Below, piece after piece: positions 11,264 through 19,856 of a stretch of DNA of 30,509 nt. Within the stretch, counting starts at the first letter, position 1, and each line of letters opens with the position of its first letter. Position numbers and translations under genes: made by a program. This DNA comes from Alloascoidea hylecoeti. Taxonomy: Eukaryota. The DNA is taken from the NCBI GenBank assembly GCA_001600815.1, contig BCKZ01000008.1, forward strand, positions 806,001-836,509. Direction: 5' to 3'. The notes under the pieces were generated by a model that was not told where the DNA came from, searched no databases, and was given only the letters and a program-made list of their open reading frames with translations.

Positions 11264-11927
11264 TTAATCCCACCAAGTAGTTGGACCCATTCCTTCAGCA
11301 CAACAAGAAGCAACAAGAGCATAAGGAGGGACTTTATCCTTTTGATCATCTTCTAGTTGAGGGTCTTTAAAAGTATCAATTGGGCCATGTGGTTTTGTAT
11401 CATTGAATAATTCATCTTCTACTCTAAATCTAATTTTTTCATCAACATCTAAGAAATAAGTCTGACCTTCAGTTTTCCAAATCCAAGTTTTTTCTTTTTC
11501 ATCGCTATTCACGGCACAAGTTAATGTTGAGATTAATTGAAATAAAATAAATATGTATGATAACTTACAATTCAGAACCTTCAAATAATAAATGTTTGGG
11601 AATAAATATATCATCAAAAAACCCCAATTTAACTTTAATACCCTCGGACAGATTTTGAGATATCCAACCGATTAGGACCTCACCCACAAAGGGTTTAAAA
11701 ACCACCATCCTGAATTGTGTCTTCACGAAAACGGAGCCATCACCAGGTTTTATCAAGCCGTCATCGGCCTCTAGAATGTCGTACAGACAGACACACAGAC
11801 CTACCCCTGGGATCACGTGGTTGGCGTACTTGTGGTGGACCGCATTTCTGAGGGACTGTTCTGTGGGGAGATCGAAGGCGTCAGGAGTGATCCGCAGCAG
11901 GTCTGAGATCCGAGTGAGCGCAAACAT
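11264..11927 (-). CDS. RPC25: RNA polymerase III subunit C25. Two exons (11927-11569, 11504-11264); 199 aa
   Basis: MFALTRISDLLRITPDAF...KYANHVIPGVGLC...FRMVVFKPFVGEVL...GFFDDIFIP...F|DEKEKTWIW...GMGPTTWWD. A 64-nt GTAAGT..TTAAC..TAG intron joins two ORF-track fragments in frame. Confidence 0.95.
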
Positions 11928-12223
11928 AAATTGAATTTTCACTTTTGGTGCGCAGAGGAGCTGCCGATGGTGTGGGCTCCACGTGATATGCATGTGACTA
12001 CCCACGTGACTACCCACGTGAGGAGTCACATGCATGCCACGTGCCACGAAGTCCGACGAAAGTCCGCATTTGCGCTGCAGCCGCGCATTTTTACAGTAAT
12101 AGCTTGATGCTGATTGGTGCGCACGGAATGCAGCCCGAGTGCGGGATTAGGATCTTTCTCCCCTCCACACACAATAAATAAAACCCTCCAGTCTTTCTCC
12201 TTTCTCCGATCTCTTCTCCCCAA
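11928..12223. promoter_or_regulatory. GC-rich divergent RPC25/SDH1 promoter with four CACGTG E-boxes and a CCAAT (Hap complex) box
   Basis: CACGTG at 11980, 12003, 12015 and 12038, partly within a 12-bp tandem repeat CA(T/C)GTGACTACC at 11991-12021. TGATTGGT at 12111-12118 lies upstream of a respiratory gene. Confidence 0.7.
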
Positions 12224-14158
12224 ATGCTGCGTTCTCTCACTTCCCGTCCCCTCCGCTTGGTACCTAAACTATCAATTGGGGCAAGACTGTTCCATTCAAC
12301 CCCAACTGCCCGCAGGATCATCTCAAACGAAACTCCAAAAGGGAAAGATGCTTCTTCTCTACTGACGAAAAATTACCATGTTATTGATCATGAATATGAC
12401 TGCGTTGTCGTTGGTGCTGGCGGTGCCGGTCTAAGAGCTGCCTTTGGTTTGGCTTCTTCTGGTTATAAGACTGCTTGTATTTCAAAACTTTTCCCCACAA
12501 GATCCCACACTGTAGCTGCTCAAGGTGGTATTAATGCTGCCTTGGGTAACATGCACAAAGATGATTGGCATTGGCACATGTATGATACTGTCAAAGGTTC
12601 AGATTGGCTTGGTGATCAGGATGCTATTCATTATATGACAAAAGAAGCTCCTGATTCAATCATTGAATTGGAACATTACGGTGTTCCTTTTTCAAGAACA
12701 AAAGAGGGTAGAATTTATCAAAGGGCTTTCGGTGGTCAAGCTATTGATTATGGTCATGGTGGTCAAGCCTATAGAACTTGTGCTGTAGCTGATAGAACTG
12801 GTCATGCCTTATTACACACTTTATATGGTCAATCCTTAAGACATAACACTCAATTCTTTATTGAATTTTTTGCCCTGGATCTATTAATGCAAGATGGAAA
12901 ATGTATTGGTGTAATGGCTTATAATCAAGAAGATGGTACTTTACATCGTTTCAGAGCTCATGAAACAATCATAGCTACTGGTGGGTATGGAAGAGCTTAT
13001 TTTTCATGTACTTCTGCTCATACCTGTACTGGTGATGGTAATGCAATGGTTACTCGTGCCGGTTTACCTCTACAAGATTTAGAATTCATTCAATTCCATC
13101 CTTCTGGTATTTATGGTTCAGGTTGTTTAATTACTGAAGGTGCAAGAGGTGAAGGTGGTTACTTATTAAATTCTGAAGGTGAACGTTTTATGGAAAGATA
13201 TGCTCCAAGTGCAAAAGATTTAGCTTCAAGAGATGTTGTTTCAAGAGCAATTACAATGGAAATTAGAGATGGTAGAGGTGTTGGTCCATTAAAAGATCAT
13301 ATGTTTTTACAATTATCTCATTTACCTGCTTCTGTCTTACATGAAAGATTACCTGGTATTTCAGAAACTGCTTCCATTTTTGCTGGTGTCGATGTTACAA
13401 AAGAACCAATTCCAATCTTACCAACCGTTCATTATAATATGGGTGGTATTCCAACAAAATGGACTGGTGAAGTTTTAACAATTGATGAAGAAGGAAAAGA
13501 TAAATTAGTTCCAGGTTTAATGGCCTGTGGTGAAGCTGCTTGTGTTTCTGTTCATGGTGCTAATCGTTTAGGTGCAAATTCTTTATTAGATTTGGTTGTT
13601 TTCGGTAGAGCTGTTGCTCATACTGTCAGTGGGAAATTAGAACCTGGTAAAAAACATGATGCTGCCCCAGAAAATTTAGGTTTTAAAACAATTGAAAATT
13701 TAGATCATATTAGAACTGCAACTGGTCCTAAAAAGACTGCTGATATTAGATTAGCAATGCAAAAAACAATGCAAACTGATGTTTCTGTTTTTAGAACTCA
13801 AGAAAGTTTAGAAGCTGGTGTTAAAGGTATAACAGAAGTTGATAGAATGTTACCTGATATTGGTACAACTGATAGATCAATGATTTGGAATTCTGATTTA
13901 GTTGAGTCATTAGAACTACAAAATTTATTAACTTGTGCAATGCAAACTGCTTATTCTGCTGTTGCAAGAAAAGAATCGAGGGGTGCTCATGCAAGAGAAG
14001 ATTATCCTGAAAGAGATGATGTCGAATGGATGAAACATACTTTATCTTGGCAACATAATCCTGGTGAAGAAGTTGAATTGAAATATAGAAATGTTATTAG
14101 TCAAACTTTAGATCCAAATGATTGTAAAACTGTTCCTCCTGGTAAACGTGTTTACTAA
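12224..14158 (+). CDS. SDH1: Succinate dehydrogenase flavoprotein subunit, mitochondrial
   Basis: Arg-rich presequence, [16 protein letters not shown]-attachment motif [29 protein letters not shown] and ESRGAHAR. Confidence 0.98.
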   Translation: MLRSLTSRPLRLVPKLSIGARLFHSTPTARRIISNETPKGKDASSLLTKNYHVIDHEYDCVVVGAGGAGLRAAFGLASSGYKTACISKLFPTRSHTVAAQGGINAALGNMHKDDWHWHMYDTVKGSDWLGDQDAIHYMTKEAPDSIIELEHYGVPFSRTKEGRIYQRAFGGQAIDYGHGGQAYRTCAVADRTGHALLHTLYGQSLRHNTQFFIEFFALDLLMQDGKCIGVMAYNQEDGTLHRFRAHETIIATGGYGRAYFSCTSAHTCTGDGNAMVTRAGLPLQDLEFIQFHPSGIYGSGCLITEGARGEGGYLLNSEGERFMERYAPSAKDLASRDVVSRAITMEIRDGRGVGPLKDHMFLQLSHLPASVLHERLPGISETASIFAGVDVTKEPIPILPTVHYNMGGIPTKWTGEVLTIDEEGKDKLVPGLMACGEAACVSVHGANRLGANSLLDLVVFGRAVAHTVSGKLEPGKKHDAAPENLGFKTIENLDHIRTATGPKKTADIRLAMQKTMQTDVSVFRTQESLEAGVKGITEVDRMLPDIGTTDRSMIWNSDLVESLELQNLLTCAMQTAYSAVARKESRGAHAREDYPERDDVEWMKHTLSWQHNPGEEVELKYRNVISQTLDPNDCKTVPPGKRVY

Positions 14159-14479
14159 ATCATTTTAATCATTAAAAATCAAAAAAATAATCAATCAATT
14201 AAAAAAAATTTCAAAAAAATTTATATATGAACTGAAAAAGAAACTCACATTTAGTTATATATCACATCACTGTTGATCATATATCATCATTGATCATATC
14301 GATATATATCCGAAACTACTTCTGTATGTTTTTATAAGTTTTTGTAGTTTCATGCATTTTTTTCAAACTGTTATCTTCTTTTTTTGTGAATATTTATTTA
14401 ACCCTTATTTATATGTTAATATTATTTGAGAATCAATGTGTATGTAATACTATAACTATGTATAAGGTGTGGTATAACC

Positions 14480-14590
14480 TAGTGTTGGACACGGAATGCG
14501 AATTACGGGGATTCTTACGGAAAATCGAGCTTTTTCCTGCGAATATTTACGGAGAAATCTTATATTTTCCACGGAAATTTTACGGAAAAT
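14480..14590 (+). mobile_element. Possible orphan hAT-like transposon end with ACGG subterminal repeats
   Basis: Starts TAGTGTTGG, fitting the hAT terminal pattern YARNG, followed by six (TT)ACGG copies in about 100 bp. No matching opposite end found. Confidence 0.35.
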
Positions 14591-14812
14591 GTCATTTTTT
14601 GGGGCATTCTGATATATACGCTGATCTGTGTACACATGAGACTTTGTTACCCTGCTACAATATCACGTGGTGCATCAGGTGATGTACGGAACCTTTCCCC
14701 ATAACTAGTATAACCTTCTATGATAAATATAAAATCAGGTTTTTTTTAAAGATACCGTGACTCTGGTTAATAAAATTATATATTTTTGGATTGTACTTAA
14801 ATAATTTGGTGA

Positions 14813-14996
14813 AAACATTGTCAAATTATTGATGAAAATTATCAAAGTCCAATTTCGGTATGAAATTTAAACCGTATAAGTTCTCCACTTCTAGTCTCCA
14901 CTTTCATTCGAATTCCCGCGGCCCCGTGTTATTGTTTGTCAACTCTCCACATTGACGTTCTTGATATAATTTTCACCAATCATTTGTCAATTGTTT
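14813..14996. repeat. Degenerate inverted repeat (arms about 14813-14853 and 14951-14996), MITE-like
   Basis: AAACATTGTCAAATTATTGATGAAAATTATCAA versus the reverse complement of the right arm, AAACAATTGACAAATGATTGGTGAAAATTATATCAA. The spacer holds three CTCCAC copies. Confidence 0.6.
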
Positions 14997-15409
14997 ACAG
15001 ATCTAGAATAATTCCAATTATAAAGTATTTGATACGCTTATAACTCACAATAGCCGAAATTAACCGAACATTGGTAGACCCAGGGAAACATTTAAATTGC
15101 TAATTATAAGCTTCTTTATGTACTCAAAATAGAATCATCTTTTTAAATACATCTGTATACCATAGAATGACTTCAAGAAATTCCATTAAGCAAAATTTCA
15201 CTTAATTGTAATTCTAAAAAGCATTTGCAATATAAATGAACTAAGTGAATTTATAATGTAATCCATATAAACATGGCTTCCCAATTTTTGATATAGATAG
15301 AAGGCTTAATTAATATAATTAATTGATTCTTCAACTAGTACTGCGTAATTCAGAGTGAATAAATATACCAACAACTTTTCTGGTGTAACACCCCCTCAAG
15401 CAGCCGATA

Positions 15410-16320
15410 TGGCTTAATGAAATGGTAGTAAATTGAATTCCTAGGGTTGTAAAATCTCCCCACTTGAATACGTTTGAGGAGTAGACTTAAAAGTTCAACA
15501 TAATTAGAATATCTAAAAATCCTTCTGTGAAAACACGAATATGTAATCTTTTCTCCTTATAAATGACCTTATCTGAATCAGGAGAACTAAATAAGTAGAT
15601 ATGTTATTGTCTGAATATAAATTTGGATGGTCTCATGACAATCAGGATGTTGTATTTAGTGATAATGATGAATGTTCGGTCGTTACTGGATCCATCTGGA
15701 AAGGCATATGCTCCACAATAGTCATACTAAGCCATTGAATCAAAAAATATTTATATTGTAGAGAAATCTGAGTCTCTAAGTGTTATAGTATGGACTAAAT
15801 TTGGAAAGGAAGCCGTACTTCACTGAGCTCGAGTGGTTGGCGTTCCCAACAAGCCACACCACAAGTTTATACTTAGAACTTTTGTAAAAAACCTTTGATG
15901 AGATTCCTAAAGTGGCTCATATTCATGCAGGATAATACACCAATTCATAAAGCTAGAATAACAATGGGTCGATATCGCCAGAAGAAGATAGAGGCGTTAG
16001 AGTGAGGTCCCTTTTCACTGCATCTAAATCCAATCGAACACATGTAGAACATCCTTAAAAATGTTTATCCCACAGACTGTAATTACGATTATGAAACTTC
16101 CACACGGTGTAAAAAGGAAGAAATATGATATGGGTCAGTATATCATTGATAAGCTGATTGATTCCATACTTCGTGGAAGGGACTGTCTATGGAGTTAAGG
16201 GCTCTTACACTAAATACTATTTGAAATGTCATTTTATATAGTCTAATAGAATCTCTAGAATTTGTGGAACAGTATACAATATTTCAAGAGCAGTTTAAGG
16301 TTTTGTAGACTATTCGTAAA
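15410..16320 (+). mobile_element. Degenerate Tc1/mariner-superfamily (DD34E) DNA transposon relic, copy 2
   Basis: DVVFSDNDECSV and FMQDNTPIHKARIT...ALE*GPFSLHLNPIEHM* with D-34-E spacing. Aligns by eye with the reverse complement of about 7410-8120, including the 3' non-coding part (CACTAAATACTA..TTTGAAATGTCA..TAGTCTAATAGAAT). Boundaries approximate. Confidence 0.85.
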
Positions 16321-17021
16321 CTCGACATAAAGTCTGTTTTGCCTTTTCTAAGATGTTGCACTTCATTAAATATCTAATTGAAGATAGTAAAATAGCTTAA
16401 GAATTTTTGAATCATTCATCACAATTATTGAAATTATCATTCTATCCGGGGGCAAAATAAGAAATAATTCTACTGGGAGACACTGTAAAAATTGTGAAAA
16501 TACTTGCTTAATAAGATTGACAAGTTTCGGAATCAATAAATCAGAATTATCGGTAGTAAAACAAAAAGTAACATGTCATGTAAGTTCTTTAGAAATTTAA
16601 ATCTATTTTCATTATTTGTGAATTTTTTCTTTTCTTAAAGCCAGGGGGTTAATGGAATTACAGACAGAATTATTGATCGACGTTTGGTTTCTTGCAGCTG
16701 CATATTATCCAAACAAGCAGTAATATTATATTACATATGCATAGCCATTAGCCTCATTCAGATCTCTAGAACACCTCTTGGTACCTGAAAAGGAGGGTTT
16801 CCCATTTTGTAACTATACATATGCATATGTTGGCACTAAAGCTGATGGTGTTGATGTTATCACTTCAAAATGTGTATTTTATATTGTTTCTGCTTTAAAA
16901 AGGATCTAATGAAGATAGAGTTGACTATTCTAAAGTTAAGCGGTATTGGGTAAGTCCCTTTTGTGTATATAAATATTTTTTCTTTCTTTCTTTAAATCTG
17001 AAATTCACATGCATGATCGTG

Positions 17022-17107
17022 CCGAACTTCGCCAAGTCTATAATTAACTAAGGTCGAGTTCGGCTTCGTTTCGAACTTCGCCAATAGGTGTAAGTTCGGA
17101 TTCGATT
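17022..17107. repeat. Two-unit direct/inverted repeat CGAACTTCGCCAA...AGTTCGG(C/A)TTCG, possible DNA-transposon subterminal relic
   Basis: CGAACTTCGCCAA at 17023 and 17072; AGTTCGG (reverse complement of CCGAACT) at 17057 and 17093. A CpG-rich patch in AT-rich DNA. Confidence 0.6.
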
Positions 17108-17269
17108 ACTCCGCGATGCGTGCCTTGGAAGCCAAAATATCAACTCTGCTACAATATTAATATATGCAACCGCTTCTAGAAATTAGGTGCTGCTAAGAAT
17201 TTAAATGATTTTAATTACTCATATTGTAACTAATTAGGAATCTGGGGTTATTCCCTTTTTGAGCATGCA

Positions 17270-18461
17270 ATTATGTTAATATTATGCCAATGTTATCTAT
17301 CTCTGTTGGTATATATGTTTATATTTAATCTAAATATTAATACAACTATTTATAAGAAAAAATTGCTGATTATATAATTTTATCTCGGTAAAAAGAAAGC
17401 GCCGAGCTCAATCCCTGTTGTATGCTATAGCTATAACTTACAAATATTATAAGATTTTAAAAAAATGCCAATTTATAATAATATCCCCGTTAATATTGAC
17501 ATTAATATTAATACATTTGGTAACCAGTTATAAACTGTCCAAGTCTACTATTTTTCTTTCCCACCTCATTAGAAAACCATGATATTTAAAATAAGTCTCG
17601 TTATTAACCTTTTTATTTCGAACGTGAAAATCTGAGTCAACATAACTTAAACAACGCTCGGAGTGGTTAGAATCCGACCTTATACAGCTAACAATGTCAC
17701 ATCCTGTATAAGTATCTTGTAATATGTGAATTGATTCCTTTTTTGCCTTTTTATTAATATCTTCCTCACTCGCGTGTGACCTTCCATGAATGCTCTCACG
17801 TATATGATTCTTACATATCCTCATTAACCGTTTTAAAAAAATATCATCACAACGTATTCTGGAGAACCCAGGATGATGAATATAATATCTGTGACAACCT
17901 ATAATTGCGTGCTCAAAATCAATTTTGGTTATCTCCCAATTACCATCTCTCTATTTATATTGAAAAAATGAAGATTGTTAGAAAAACATGTGTAATTTTT
18001 ATGGTTAATATAAGAATAGTTGCCGAGATCTTCCAATCTCAATTGCAATATCAATCGAACTTACCATATTTATATCTGTCGGTTTCATTTCAAATAAAAC
18101 TTCTCCGACATTGCATTCTTTACAGCAGTATCTTGTTTTCGAAGAATTCCTCCCAGGTGTATTTAGTACTTTAAAGTAAACCCTGTGTTGAACAGTGAAA
18201 TATAACCAACATGAGAATAACAACCAATATTTTGTACAGCAAAATGAACCAACTTTAATTTTAAAGTGAGAAAGACAATGTTTGATCCAAGTTCGAGGAG
18301 ATTCATGATCATATCTATGATCAGAGAGATAGGATTCCAATGTGTATGGGTAAAGTTCCATCTTTGGTTAGCTATGGTATATAAGTCTTGAGCTTTGAAG
18401 TTTGATGAAGAGATGGGAATCTATGAATATATATACACCTTTATAATCTTTATAATGTATG
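17270..18461. repeat. 1.2 kb direct repeat, copy A (pairs with 25691-26873)
   Basis: Collinear at offset 8421. I count 13 substitutions plus one 9-bp tandem duplication (CTTTATAAT) near the right end. Confidence 0.97.
17528..18361 (-). CDS. Family member A: 239-aa two-exon protein (18361-18065, 17950-17528) with a MuDR/FAR1-like Zn DNA-binding domain
   Basis: A phase-0 114-nt intron (GTAAGT, CTAAC, TAG) joins the two ORF-track pieces in frame: ...IKVGSFCCTK..WLYFTVQHRVYFKV...RYCCKEC...NM|RDGNWEITKIDFEHAIIGCH...ILQDTYTG...SYVD. The domain call is by motif resemblance. Confidence 0.8.
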
Positions 18462-18679
18462 CATTTATGTACACCACCCCAAAATGGCAATATTATGAAA
18501 ATATTAATTATATAGTTGTTATTTTAACAAATTAAAAACTAGGGACTTAACATCAGCTTTAGAGTTAAATTTAAATTCTTTAAATAATTTTAGATTATCT
18601 AAATTCCGAATTTGTGAAATCTTCATTAATTGAAATGATTTTATCATTTACTACTTCGGTACCTATTCGTAGTAGTATC

Positions 18680-19175
18680 AAACGATCTATTGGTTTAAAA
18701 AAAATCTGGTAATTTCCAAATTATACAAGATTCATCCCATGAACCAGAAACCAAATATTTATCATTAATATTCATACAACTAATACCACGTAAATGAGAT
18801 TTAATATATGATAATTCTGAAATCTTATGAGTTTTTAGTGAAGCTCCTAAAACTCTTAAACACTGAAAAGTTTCATTATCCCAAATTCTTACTGTACAAT
18901 CTTCTGAACCAGTTAAAATCCAGTTTTTATAAAATTGAACACAAGTTGTTTTTGCAGAATGACCACTTAATATATGCCGTGAAAATTTACTATTTTTCCA
19001 ATTTGATTCTAAAATATAACTTTTTTTATATAACTCATACCATGAGTCAGTTTCTGAATCGTCATTGTAGTATTTTCAAGTTTTTGATCTCTAAACTTTG
19101 CTCTCCATATATCATCATCTTCAGCTATTTGTTTCCATGATTTTGAAACTCTTCTACAAGTGACTAAAGTTTTTA
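18680..19175 (-). pseudogene. F-box/WD40 (beta-TrCP/Fwd1/Met30-like) pseudogene fragment
   Basis: Across frameshifts the minus strand reads TCRRVSKSWKQIAEDDDIWR (end of F-box), WYELYKKSYILESNWKNSKFSRHILSGH, TCVQFYKNWILTGSEDCTVRIWD and LVSGSWDESCIIWK (WD40 repeats). Truncated at both ends. Confidence 0.85.
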
Positions 19176-19856
19176 GTTACAAGTCTGAGTTGTGTGTGCC
19201 CAGAGAGGAAGTTGTTGGAAGCCCGTTGCATATATATTACTGTCGTAATATTTGATGTAATGCAACATACAAAATGATACACCTGTATAACTTTATAGGC
19301 CTACCTTATAAGGCCTTATAAGGCCTCATATAGCTAGCAGTTAATAGAATATTCTACGTCATTACTAACAGATAGTGAGTGCACCGAGGATCTCACGACA
19401 CCGAATATGAATTAGAGTTGCTAATTATCATTTTCTCAACTTAATTCTTATTTAATTTTCGCCAACCCTGTTGTTTGAATCCTTTTCAATCTAAAATAAA
19501 GGCCTAGAGATCATTAACTCTCTAGTCATAGCTCTAATCAATGGCTAAAAAGCTATATACCGAACAAACGTTAGACCTATAGGTTCATACAGAGGTGTAG
19601 ACTATAGAGACTCTATTATGAGATATATAATTGTGGTTATGGATTTATATTCAGACATACTTTCTCTTGGTTTAAATATTACATGATTTTAATTTTCATT
19701 GAATGATCTTTGATACAACATTATATATTATTTTTTGTTGTTAACTTTCTTTTCATTTGTAAGCTTAAGGATATACATGTATGTATCTTCTAAAGGAAGA
19801 CTTGAATTCAAACTATAAGTTATAGGCCTATATAGAACTAAGTCTTTTTATTATAA

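Noticed and set aside
11980..12043. CACGTG motifs as CDEI of a point centromere
   Set aside because: No AT-rich CDEII or CDEIII follows; the context is a GC-rich promoter.
11928..12047. 40-aa N-terminal extension of the RPC25 ORF (MARGMHVTPHVGSHVGSH...)
   Set aside because: It translates the promoter E-box repeat; the conserved Rpc25 start is MF at 11927.
14386..14682. 98-aa + strand ORF
   Set aside because: GTG start; it runs through the ACGG repeat array and has no protein-like motifs.
16780..16955. Peptide fragment DRVDYSKVKRYW followed by GTAAGT, reminiscent of Ulp1-type proteases carried by some Mutator elements
   Set aside because: Too short, needs frameshifts, and no catalytic His/Asp/Cys region follows.
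17163..17200. CTAG with a weak hairpin at the end of the duplicated unit, as a possible Helitron 3' end
   Set aside because: The hairpin is imperfect and surrounds rather than precedes the CTAG; there is no TC 5' end or A/T insertion signature.
17905..18174. 89-aa + strand ORF, identical in both repeat copies (also 26326-26595)
   Set aside because: TTG start, antisense to the spliced gene and spanning its intron. Identity simply reflects the duplication.
18808..19140. 110-aa + strand ORF
   Set aside because: Antisense of the F-box/WD40 pseudogene.
19213..19267. TGTTG...CAACA termini suggesting a solo LTR
   Set aside because: Only about 55 bp long, with no TSD and no second copy.
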